Below, in pieces: positions 9,497 through 18,048 of a stretch of 64,000 nucleotides of DNA. A model generated the notes under the pieces. That model was given only the letters and a program-made list of their open reading frames with translations. It did not search any database and had not been told where the DNA came from. Position 1 is the first letter of the stretch. Each line of letters begins with the position of its first letter. Origin of the DNA: an uncultured Candidatus Binatia bacterium (GTDB lineage: Bacteria; Desulfobacterota; Binatia; UBA9968; CAXXLF01); contig OZ244621.1 of assembly GCA_965218425.1 (NCBI GenBank), positions 2,016,001 through 2,080,000 of the forward strand. Reading direction: 5' to 3'. Position numbers and translations under genes: made by a program.

Positions 9497-9731
9497 ATCA
9501 AGTCAGCCCTCAGCTATCAGCTAAGAAGTGTTGAGTGTTAAGTCTAGGATGCAGGGGGTTGGGTATGAGGTGCTGGAAGCCGGACATTTCGGTCGAGCAT
9601 TATCCGGGTTAAAGGTTCGATCGGCCCTATCTCATGTGTCTCCCTGCGCCCGACGTCCCATCTCCTTTCACTTTCTTCCCTACCCTCCACACCTATTACT
9701 CAGTCCTCAGCACTCGCTACCCAGTGCTAAT

Positions 9732-10490
9732 TCAGAGCTGGCCTTCGAAAGAAGGGCTACCTCTCCAGTCTCTTACGACCCAGGTGCGCGCAAGCAGATC
9801 ATGCCATGCTCGCTTTTCACGGCTCAGGAGAATCCACAAAAACCCAACCCCGAAAAAGAAGAACAACACACAACCAAACCATCGCACCACGGCCTGAGGG
9901 TAGGAGACGGGGGATTTGTTAGCGCCCACAACCCTTAATCCCAGGATCCACTTCCCAACGGTGGTTCCCGCCATCCCGTGCAACAGGACAAAGTATCCGC
10001 TCACTAGAAAAAACCAAGACAGAACAAAGAATTGCAAAAAGGAGACGAATCGGTCAAACGTAACCGTCTGGTCATGCGCCGTGAGCCCGACGCTATAGCC
10101 GACATAGAGCATATAATAGAGAAGGTATGAAAAAAGAGCCACAACTACCATGTCAATGTAAAAGGCTATGACCCTGCGGTGAAATCCTCCCCAACGGACC
10201 TCTCCGGCTTTTACTTCTTCGCTCTTAAGTATCCCATGGAGTCGATCAAACTCCTCATCGATTTGAAGCTTCACTCCCAACGGGCCTTGAGGACGAATCG
10301 TCGGTTGTACCGGGACGGGCACTGGCTTTTCCACCGAAGCGCTTTCAAGAGAAGCGCTCTCAGCGTCTTTCTTTTCACGGGTTTGGGACACACCACTGGA
10401 CCTCGCACGCTCCGTGGCCCAATCGGCCCCGCAGCGCTTGCAGCTGTCTAAATTGTCAAAGGTTAAAAATCCGCACTTAGGACACTTCAT
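9732..10490 (-). CDS. RDD family membrane protein with N-terminal zinc ribbon
   Basis: CPKC...CKRC, GFHRRVIAFYID, GTTVGKWILGLRVV and AWHDLLARTWVV. Confidence 0.88.
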   Translation of the reverse strand: MKCPKCGFLTFDNLDSCKRCGADWATERARSSGVSQTREKKDAESASLESASVEKPVPVPVQPTIRPQGPLGVKLQIDEEFDRLHGILKSEEVKAGEVRWGGFHRRVIAFYIDMVVVALFSYLLYYMLYVGYSVGLTAHDQTVTFDRFVSFLQFFVLSWFFLVSGYFVLLHGMAGTTVGKWILGLRVVGANKSPVSYPQAVVRWFGCVLFFFFGVGFLWILLSREKRAWHDLLARTWVVRDWRGSPSFEGQL

Positions 10491-10604
10491 GACATTGAAC
10501 CTATGCTAATGTAACTGACGCCACACAGCAAGCCCGGGTATTTTACTCTCAGCTTCCAGCTGTTCGCTAAATAGGACAGAGTATATAGGAGAAAATCAAG
10601 GGGA

Positions 10605-10810
10605 ATTACCGCAGACTCACGCAGAACAACACGGACAAAGATTTTTTCACCGCGGATTAACGCGGATAGTTTATCGCGCCAAGACACCAAGCGCGCAAAG
10701 AAAGGCGATCTTCTATTTTTTCCGGACCTGGCGGCCCGTGCGGCTTTGCGCCAGTCGCCTTTTCTGTCATCCCTTCTTGCTGTTTCCTGCTCACTGCCTA
10801 CTGCCAACTG
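10605..10810. repeat. Composite intergenic repeat island (CGCAGA/CGCGGAT/CGCCAAG units and TGCCTAC heptamers)
   Basis: TCACCGCGGATTAACGCGGAT, CGCGCCAAGACACCAAGCGCGCAAAG...GCGGCTTTGCGC and ACTGCCTACTGCC; the same units recur in other gaps. Confidence 0.7.
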
Positions 10811-11561
10811 GATTCACCGCGTTCCCCAGGTCGCCCCAGAGATACTGCACGATGGCGAGAACCGCAACAGCGACGGTCTCGGTCCTCAGAATTCTTTTTC
10901 CTAACTGGACGGTGTGGAAGCCGTGATGGGAGGCCCGTTTCACCTCCTCCGTGGTAAACCCTCCCTCGGGACCAATCACCAGCAGGAGCGAAGATAAATG
11001 TTCTCGCTCCGCTTGCAATTGACTCAAGCCCAATACCGACTCCTGCGGACAAAAGAGGATTTTCAAGTCACAGGACCAGTCTTTTTGAATCACCTCATCA
11101 AAGTCGCAAAACTCCAGGATCTGTGGGATCCTGGTTCGCCCGGATTGTTTCGCGGCACTGACGGCGATCTTTTCCCAGCGGGAACGTCGCTTGTGCATCT
11201 TATCCCCAGTAAGCCGAGGTACCGTGTAAGAAGAAAAAAAAGGAAGGACTGCCTGCACCCCCAGCTCCGTTGCCTTCTCCACCACCCAATCCATCTTCTC
11301 ACCCTTGCCCATGGCCTGTGCTAACGTGACATCCAGGGGCGACTCTCGCCTTGGCTGGTAGGAACGCAGGATTTCCAACTCTGCGACCCGGGTGCCGTAG
11401 GCTTGGATGATCGCCTCGTGCTCCCGTCCGTCGTCGTCAAAAAGGGTCACGCTGTCGCCTGGCTTTAAGCGCAGCACTTTCTTCATGTGTTCAAATTCGG
11501 GTCCGGTGAGCGTCTCCTTCTTGCCTTGGATATTTTCTTTGGCGAGGTAGAAGCGGGCCAC
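10791..11561 (-). CDS. rsmE: 16S rRNA m3U1498 methyltransferase
   Basis: Motifs HMKKVLRL, EKATELGV, IGPEGGF and LGKRILRTET. Confidence 0.95.
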   Translation of the reverse strand: MARFYLAKENIQGKKETLTGPEFEHMKKVLRLKPGDSVTLFDDDGREHEAIIQAYGTRVAELEILRSYQPRRESPLDVTLAQAMGKGEKMDWVVEKATELGVQAVLPFFSSYTVPRLTGDKMHKRRSRWEKIAVSAAKQSGRTRIPQILEFCDFDEVIQKDWSCDLKILFCPQESVLGLSQLQAEREHLSSLLLVIGPEGGFTTEEVKRASHHGFHTVQLGKRILRTETVAVAVLAIVQYLWGDLGNAVNPVGSRQ

Positions 11562-11563
11562 CT

Positions 11564-12430
11564 TTAAGCCTCTCGATTAAACACCAATGTCACCCACCCC
11601 TTGCTACTCTTTTGACGAAGGAGGACGAATGGTTTTTTGAAGCAGCCCATCACTTCGTCCAACTGCGGTGTCAGGATACCTGAAATAATTAGATAACCTC
11701 CACGGGCCACTCTCTTTTTGAGCACGGAGGCGAGACCGACAATCACGTCTGCCGTTAGATTCGCAACCACGAGCGTGAAGGGACGGCTAATACGCTCCGG
11801 TCCCGAGTTGGTCAGGGAAACCGCCTTCCCTACCCCATTTCGGCGCACATTTGTCCGTGCAACCTTGAGGGCAATGGGATCGTTGTCCAGAGCAAGAATC
11901 TCTTTAACTCCCATCTTGGCCATGGCAATAGCCAGTATCCCCGATCCGGTTCCCACATCAAGGGCGTTCGTAATTCGAGGGCAGGCGCGTACGACGCCTT
12001 CTAGAAATTCCAGACAACCACGCGTGGTGGCATGGGTACCTGTGCCGAAGGCCATGCCCGGTTCGATCTGGATCACTTTGCGCCGCGTGGTCTGTACTGG
12101 AATAAGCCAGGGAGGAGCAATCAAAAACCCCCTGGCGACCTTTTGCGGCGTGAAGAACCTGCGCCAGGAGTTGTTCCAGTTCTTATCTTTCAATACCGTC
12201 CAACGCAGCGAGTATCTGGTGTCTTCGGGATAAATCTCATTGATACCTCTCAGGAAGCGGCGGATATCGCCTTTAAGCGTGGAACCGCCGCCTGCGGAAG
12301 GGAAAAATGCACGCACTTCGTTTTCCTTGAGGACGACTCCAGGAGATCCCCTCTCGATGAGGAAGTTGGCAATGGTGTCCAGGGCCGCCGGCGCCGCCTT
12401 GAGGGAGAGCTGCAACCACGAGGTTGTCAC
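11564..12430 (-). CDS. prmA: Ribosomal protein L11 methyltransferase
   Basis: Motifs IEPGMAFGTGTHATT, LDVGTGSGILAI and VVANL. Start placed at GTG 12430 because the longer ORF runs into repeat DNA. Confidence 0.93.
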   Translation of the reverse strand: MTTSWLQLSLKAAPAALDTIANFLIERGSPGVVLKENEVRAFFPSAGGGSTLKGDIRRFLRGINEIYPEDTRYSLRWTVLKDKNWNNSWRRFFTPQKVARGFLIAPPWLIPVQTTRRKVIQIEPGMAFGTGTHATTRGCLEFLEGVVRACPRITNALDVGTGSGILAIAMAKMGVKEILALDNDPIALKVARTNVRRNGVGKAVSLTNSGPERISRPFTLVVANLTADVIVGLASVLKKRVARGGYLIISGILTPQLDEVMGCFKKPFVLLRQKSSKGWVTLVFNREA

Positions 12431-12449
12431 AGAAGAGTTATGACATAGG

Positions 12450-12615
12450 CGGCGCGAAGGCGCAAAGGACGCCAAGACAGAATAGCGCGCAGAGGGCAAG
12501 GCGAGGACGGGGGAAGTAAGACAGTAGGCACTAGGCAGTGGGCAAAACACTAAGAATTATTAACCGCAGATTTACGCCGACTGGAATACAGCAAAGGGCA
12601 TGGCACATAGCGTTT
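12450..12615. repeat. Composite intergenic repeat island
   Basis: GCGCGAAGGCGCAAAGGACGCCAAG, GTAGGCACTAGGCAGTGGGCA, TTAACCGCAGATTTACGCCGA and GCATGGCACATAGC. Confidence 0.7.
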
Positions 12616-12688
12616 TTTTTGTATTACTGAACGAAAAAAAGGGGTGGGGAGTCTATTTAAGCCCACGGAGCGGCGGCTGGCCTTTGAA

Positions 12689-13831
12689 TCAATCGAGCAG
12701 CTTGCCAGTCCAAAGCTCGTTTAGGAATTGGATCGGCGGAATGATCTCCGTTCCGTCATCGGCCCTGCGACGCCTCCTTTCCCGACATATCACGATCTTT
12801 CTCTTCAGTTTCCGTTCCTCGCTCAAGGCATACAATCCCTTGTAGTCGCGCGGAGACACTCGGGCTTTAGATTTCACTTCAATACCGACCTCGTCTCCCA
12901 CCAAAAAATCCACTTCGAATTGGGAACGACTACGCCAGTACGTAAGCTCATGGTTGAGTCTGTGATAATCCAGAAAACTTCTGAGTTCCAAAAATATGAG
13001 ATGCTTTAAGGCTCGGCCGTAGGCATCTGAGCCCTCTTCGATTACGGTAGTCCGTTTTAATATGTTAGCGACGCCAACATCGAAAATGTAGAACTTGGCG
13101 GTGACGACCGGCTTGCGCTTGGAAGTCTTCCGATAAGCCGGAAGCTGATGTCCGACCAATGTGTCTTCCAAAATCTGATAATGCTCTCGAACGGTTCTAG
13201 GCGGAAACCCCGCGTCGCTCGCAACTGCAGTAAAGTTAACCTGTTCTCCGCTGGTGAGACCAGCTACTTCAAGGAAGCGGGAAAAATTCTCAATCGACCG
13301 GGTCAAACCCTCAGCTCTGATCTCCTCCGTGAGATAGGTGCCAACGTAGGCTTTTAAGTCTTCCTGGTAATGCCTGGAATCAACTATAGCTGGTAGGCTG
13401 CCGCGATTGAGCCGATCCACTAACCTTGGTCTGCTCAGCTCGGCTGACACTAGCGGATGGAGGCGGCAGATCCATGCGCGCCCGCCGAGAAGATTTGCGG
13501 CGCCTCGTTTAAGCTTTCTTGCACTGCTCCCGGTGAGAATAACCCGCAGTTTCTTATTCCGCTCAATTAACAGCTGGATCTCATCAAGGAGAGCGGGAAG
13601 TTTTTGAATTTCGTCGACAACGACTAGTAGCTGTTGGGGATTGAGTGTTTGTCGCAGGTATTCCGGACGAGCGCTAAGTTCACGGAATGTATCGGCTTCC
13701 AGAAGGTCGTAAAAGGCAGCTTCTGGGAAGGTCTCGCGCACCAAAGTACTCTTGCCAGTCTGGCGGGGACCGAAAAGGAACACGGATTTGTGCTTGATGA
13801 TTTCCCTAAGGTTGAGAATCCGTTTGTACAT
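12689..13831 (-). CDS. AAA+ ATPase with DUF4143 and C-terminal PD-(D/E)XK-like domain
   Basis: Walker A GPRQTGKS, DEIQK, LTGSSARKL, KFYIFDVG and EVDFLVG...IEVK. Confidence 0.9.
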   Translation of the reverse strand: MYKRILNLREIIKHKSVFLFGPRQTGKSTLVRETFPEAAFYDLLEADTFRELSARPEYLRQTLNPQQLLVVVDEIQKLPALLDEIQLLIERNKKLRVILTGSSARKLKRGAANLLGGRAWICRLHPLVSAELSRPRLVDRLNRGSLPAIVDSRHYQEDLKAYVGTYLTEEIRAEGLTRSIENFSRFLEVAGLTSGEQVNFTAVASDAGFPPRTVREHYQILEDTLVGHQLPAYRKTSKRKPVVTAKFYIFDVGVANILKRTTVIEEGSDAYGRALKHLIFLELRSFLDYHRLNHELTYWRSRSQFEVDFLVGDEVGIEVKSKARVSPRDYKGLYALSEERKLKRKIVICRERRRRRADDGTEIIPPIQFLNELWTGKLLD

Positions 13832-13960
13832 TCCGGCAGCTACATTGCCAGATTTCATGAAAATCCGCAAGTATATTGCCGAATTGTATAGATATGTTTT
13901 TCGAGACACCGCTTGATGAGCTTGTTGGAAAGCAATCAGCAAAAATAGTGGAAAGGGTAA

Positions 13961-14185
13961 TTAACAACTGGCGATTTTTCGGCAAACTTCAGACCAGGGA
14001 ATAGGCTTGACCTTTCCTGAGTCGAGATTCTTCAATTGGCGATCAATTTCGGCGTGCCAAGCTGTTTCGGCGTCTTCGTCAACTTCCCGGTCGAGGCTGT
14101 CGAAAAGAAACCCTGCAAGTGCCACTCTAGCTTCAGGAGGTAATTTTAATGTCACTTTTAGAAGATCATGTGGGTCCTGTTTCAT
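13961..14185 (-). CDS. Putative addiction-module antitoxin component (TIGR02574-like), orphan
   Basis: LKLPPEARVALA...LFDSL...AWHAEIDRQL...GKVKPIPWSEV. Confidence 0.8.
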   Translation of the reverse strand: MKQDPHDLLKVTLKLPPEARVALAGFLFDSLDREVDEDAETAWHAEIDRQLKNLDSGKVKPIPWSEVCRKIASC

Positions 14186-14239
14186 ATTCCGCATCATACA
14201 CATGGGGTCAATTCGATTCAATCTTTCAAAAAAAGGCAA

Positions 14240-14580
14240 AGAGCATATAGCGGAACGTCTCGCGCAAAGACGCAAAGGACACCAAGTCTGGAGAACAAAT
14301 ATTCACCGCAGAGACGTCCCTCGACTGGGCTCGGGACCCTGAGCTTGTCGAAGGGCAGAGGGCACCGAGAGAAACCCGAGATCAGTCCTCAGAGGTCAGA
14401 GATTAACTAGGAAAATCAACTTTCTGTTTGTCGGGAGACGGCGACAAACAGAAACATCTATCATATGAAAGATAACGCTTTTGCCCAATCGTCGTCTCTC
14501 GATTGGGCAAAATTTCTTTCTTTGGCGCCCTTTGCGCCTTCGCGCATGTGCTCTTTTCTGCGCCATGCGCTTTGCTTCTT
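14240..14580. repeat. Composite repeat island with a REP-like palindrome and twin-hairpin element copy 2
   Basis: CGCGCAAAGACGCAAAG, TCACCGCAGAG, CCCTCGACTGGGCTCGGGACCCTGAGCTTGTCGAAGGG and TCAGAGGTCAGA. Two perfect 13-bp hairpins at 14421-14454 and 14479-14512. Confidence 0.8.
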
Positions 14581-14755
14581 GCTGTCCGCAGTCCCGTGGT
14601 TAATAGTCTGTAGTCCTATCTTCGCTCCGATACTCAGTACTGTTGGACGCTTCGCGCTCTCCCAATACCCCTTTATTTTAAGAACGTTTTGGAATAGATT
14701 ACACGGGCGTATCCGTACCGTCGGGGGATACAACCTATTGTATCGGGAGGGTCCC

Positions 14756-15667
14756 ATGCTTCCTGAGCATGATAATTTCTACGATGTTTTCTCCAAGGCC
14801 AAAAGGATTAAGTTCCGTTGGCCCGAGGGTAAAAGGCTGTGCGTCAACCTGACGGGAAACCTTGAGGCCTGGACCGAAACGCCAGATCCCAAGCTCAGGA
14901 GGACCCGCCATGTGGGTGGGACATCACCCCTAACCGCAGAGGATCTTAGGTGTCGCTACGATTTCAGGACAGCTAGCGAGAACGACTATGGAGGAAGGAC
15001 TGGAGTGTGGAGGATCTTGAGAATACTAAAAAAGCATGGACTGCGGGGATCTTTCAACGTTAATGGATTGGCCACCATTAGATACCCCGATGCAGTAAAG
15101 AACGTGCATGCCGACGGACATGAGATCGTTGGACATAGCTACGCCGAAGACATCCAGCTGGTCCAATTGTCGAAGGAGCAAGAAAAAGAAGAGATCCGGA
15201 CCTGTATCAAGATTTTCCAGGACATGGTGGGAGAACGCCCCTACGGGTGGCTGACTTCCGGTATGAGACATACCGAATATACCTTGGAGATCCTGGCTCA
15301 GGAGGGTTTCCTGTGGCACGGGGACGCGGTCAACGACGATGTCCCTTATCCCATTGATATCCACGGGAAAACTATTATGGAGCTACCGTACCGCAACTCC
15401 ATCAGCGGTCTCAACGATACCGGCATGTATCGAAGCGGTAGGACGGCGAGGGATATACTCCAGGCCTTCAAAGATGAATTCGACGTGCTCTACGAGGAAT
15501 CCCAAACCGAGCCGAAGATGCTGACCCTGGCCATGCACTGCCAGATGGCTTTTCCGGCCACGGGGAAACTCTACGATGAGGCCATCCAATACGCCAAGTC
15601 TTTCCCCGATGTCTGGTTTGCCCGAAGGATTGACATTGCCCGCTGGATCTTGGAAAACAGGCGATGA
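14756..15667 (+). CDS. Polysaccharide deacetylase/PuuE-like (NodB domain) hydrolase
   Basis: Motifs WPEGKRLCV, DYGGRTGVWRIL, GHEIVGHSY, GERPYGW and LAMH. GGAGG RBS before ATG 14756. Confidence 0.85.
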   Translation: MLPEHDNFYDVFSKAKRIKFRWPEGKRLCVNLTGNLEAWTETPDPKLRRTRHVGGTSPLTAEDLRCRYDFRTASENDYGGRTGVWRILRILKKHGLRGSFNVNGLATIRYPDAVKNVHADGHEIVGHSYAEDIQLVQLSKEQEKEEIRTCIKIFQDMVGERPYGWLTSGMRHTEYTLEILAQEGFLWHGDAVNDDVPYPIDIHGKTIMELPYRNSISGLNDTGMYRSGRTARDILQAFKDEFDVLYEESQTEPKMLTLAMHCQMAFPATGKLYDEAIQYAKSFPDVWFARRIDIARWILENRR

Positions 15668-15694
15668 AACCTCCTCGCATAGAAAGGTAGACCA

Positions 15695-16750
15695 ATGGCG
15701 GAAGAGAAATCCATCGAGCGTAAATCTTGCTATGAGCTTTTCCTGGAAAATGAGGGGTTGCCCGTCATCCGGGATTTCTTCATTAAAGACGTTCGCAGGG
15801 TTCCGCTGGAACGGTGGGAGCGAAAGGGCGGTTACGGAGTTTACTTAAATCTTATTGGAACCGGCAATATCAATGACGCCTACATTTGTGAGATCCCGCC
15901 GGGGAAAAACCTCAATCCGGAGCGGTGCCTTTTTGAGGAGATGATCTATGTGGCAAGCGGCCGGGGAGCAACCACGGTTTGGCAGGACAACGGACAAAAG
16001 CAGACCTTTGAATGGCAGCAGGGTAGTCTCTTCTCCCCGCCCATAAATACCTGGCGCCAGCATTTCAACGGCAGCGGCGACACCCCTACCCGGTTTCTAT
16101 CGGTCACCAGCGCGCCCGTGGTGATGAACCTCTTTCACAATCTCGACTTCGTCTTTAATACCCCCTTCTCCTTTAATGATCGCTTCGATGCCCAAGAAGG
16201 CTATTTTTCCGGAAAGGGAGAGTCCTATACACAGAGGGTTTGGGAAACCAATTTTGTCCCCAACGTTGCCACTTTTCCTCTCAAAGAGTGGAAGGAAAGG
16301 GGTGCGGGAGGGACCAATATTAGGTTTGAATTATCGGATAATACCATGGCCGCCCATATCTCCGAGTTTCCTGTGGGCACCTACAAGAAGGCCCACCGTC
16401 ACGGGGCGGGAGCCCACGTGATTATTATCGGGGGCAAAGGGTATTCACTCCTATGGCCAGAGGGGTTCCCCATCGAGAGATACGACTGGCAGGAGGGAAG
16501 CATCGTTGTACCTCCGGAATTATGGTTCCATCAGCACTTCAATGCCGGTGCAACTCCGGCCCGCTATCTCGCGCTGCGTTGGGGAAGCAGGAAAAACCCA
16601 TTTCTCACAGAGTTCAAGACCGATGAGAGCGTCAAGGAGGGCGGAGACCAGATCGAGTATGAAGACGAAAACCTTCAAGTTCGTACCATGTTCGAAGAGG
16701 CCGTCCACAAAGCAGGTATCGAAAGCAAAATGGCAAAATTCTATGTTTAG
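15695..16750 (+). CDS. Bicupin-domain protein (gentisate dioxygenase-like fold)
   Basis: Two cupin repeats (EEMIYVASGRG...WRQHFN and KAHRHGAGAHVIIIGGKG...WFHQHFN). Confidence 0.8.
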   Translation: MAEEKSIERKSCYELFLENEGLPVIRDFFIKDVRRVPLERWERKGGYGVYLNLIGTGNINDAYICEIPPGKNLNPERCLFEEMIYVASGRGATTVWQDNGQKQTFEWQQGSLFSPPINTWRQHFNGSGDTPTRFLSVTSAPVVMNLFHNLDFVFNTPFSFNDRFDAQEGYFSGKGESYTQRVWETNFVPNVATFPLKEWKERGAGGTNIRFELSDNTMAAHISEFPVGTYKKAHRHGAGAHVIIIGGKGYSLLWPEGFPIERYDWQEGSIVVPPELWFHQHFNAGATPARYLALRWGSRKNPFLTEFKTDESVKEGGDQIEYEDENLQVRTMFEEAVHKAGIESKMAKFYV

Positions 16751-16811
16751 AAAATGACTCGCGGTTAATTGATCTTAACGATCGAGGCTATGCAGAACAA
16801 AGGAGGGATCT

Positions 16812-17834
16812 ATGGCCAGATCTTTTGAAGTTATTGATGCCGATGGGCACATCACTGAGGGGGACGATGCGGTCAAAGAGTACATGGAGGCTCCCTACCG
16901 CAACCGTCGCGTGACCATCTACCCAAGGGACAACTGGGACCGCTCCATAGCCGGGACGCTGGGAACCAGTGCAAAAGATGCCCGGAGTTGGCTCGACGCA
17001 ATGGACCAAGCGGAGTTGTCCACTTCGGTTCTCTTCCCCACCAGCGGTCTAGGCTTCGGTTGGATTCGTGAGCCGGATTTTGCCGTCGCCTTAGCCCAAG
17101 CCTATAACAACTTCGTCGCAGAAAAATTTCAGAAGGAAAGCCCAAGGTTAAAGGGGGTGGCCCTGGTGCCGTTCCAGGACGTGCCCGAGGGAGTCAAAGA
17201 ATTACGCCGGGCCGTTAAAGAATTGGGATTGGCGGGCGTGATGCTTCCCGCAGTGGGACTACGAAAGCCCTTAGGTGACCAAGACTATTGGCCCATTTAC
17301 GAAGAGGCGGAAAAACTGGACTGCATGTTGGCCGTGCACGCTACTGTCCGTGGTCCTCACTACTTCGGTGCCGACCTGTTCGATCAGTTCATCGACGTGC
17401 ACACCCTATCCCACCCATTTGCCCAGATGATGCAGATGACGAGCATCATCATGCGAGGGGTCATGGAAAGGTTTCAAAAGATTCGTATCGCCTTTATGGA
17501 AGCGGGCTGCACCTGGGTCCCATACTGGATGGGTAGAATGGATGAAGAATGGGAAAAACGCGGTGCGGCGGAAGCGCCCCTGTGTAAGAACAAACCCAGC
17601 GAATACATCAAGAGCGGCCGGGTCTACCTCCATGCGGAGGACTACGAACCCCTCGTGGGCGCCACGGCAGAAATACTGAATCCAAACACACTCTATTACG
17701 CCTCGGATTGGCCCCACTGGGACAGCGAGTTTCCTGAAAACATCGATCACCTGGCAAACCGTAAAGATCTGGACCCTGACGCCATAAAATGGCTACTGGC
17801 AGACACGGCAAAGAGGCTATACAAGCTGCAATAG
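16812..17834 (+). CDS. Amidohydrolase_2 family metal-dependent hydrolase/decarboxylase
   Basis: Motifs IDADGH, WPIYEEAEKL..AVH, IAFMEAG and YASDWPHWD. Confidence 0.88.
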   Translation: MARSFEVIDADGHITEGDDAVKEYMEAPYRNRRVTIYPRDNWDRSIAGTLGTSAKDARSWLDAMDQAELSTSVLFPTSGLGFGWIREPDFAVALAQAYNNFVAEKFQKESPRLKGVALVPFQDVPEGVKELRRAVKELGLAGVMLPAVGLRKPLGDQDYWPIYEEAEKLDCMLAVHATVRGPHYFGADLFDQFIDVHTLSHPFAQMMQMTSIIMRGVMERFQKIRIAFMEAGCTWVPYWMGRMDEEWEKRGAAEAPLCKNKPSEYIKSGRVYLHAEDYEPLVGATAEILNPNTLYYASDWPHWDSEFPENIDHLANRKDLDPDAIKWLLADTAKRLYKLQ

Positions 17835-17844
17835 TTATTACGGA

Positions 17845-18010
17845 GTAGAGAGTGGTGGAGGACTGAGCATCGGAGCAGAGGGCGAGAGGACTCGCGCAAA
17901 GACGCAAAGGACGCCAAGTCCGGAAAAGATCGAAAACTGTCTTTCTTTGCGGCCTCGGCGTTCTGGCGCGAAAAGCAATCTGCGGTAATCGGTGAAATTC
18001 GGCGGTTAGG
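17845..18010. repeat. Composite intergenic repeat island
   Basis: CTCGCGCAAAGACGCAAAGGACGCCAAG paired with CTTTGCGGCCTCGGCGTTCTGGCGCG, plus ATCTGCGGTAATCGGTGAAATTCGGCGGTTA. Confidence 0.7.
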
Positions 18011-18048
18011 TAATATATTACAGGATTTAAAGAGAAGGGAGTAGGAAC

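Noticed and set aside
14465..14755. N-terminal extension of the deacetylase ORF (similarly prmA 12431-12550, addB 34919-35011, mfd 62735-62824)
   Set aside because: The extensions run through repeat DNA or neighbouring genes; downstream starts fit the RBS or family length better.
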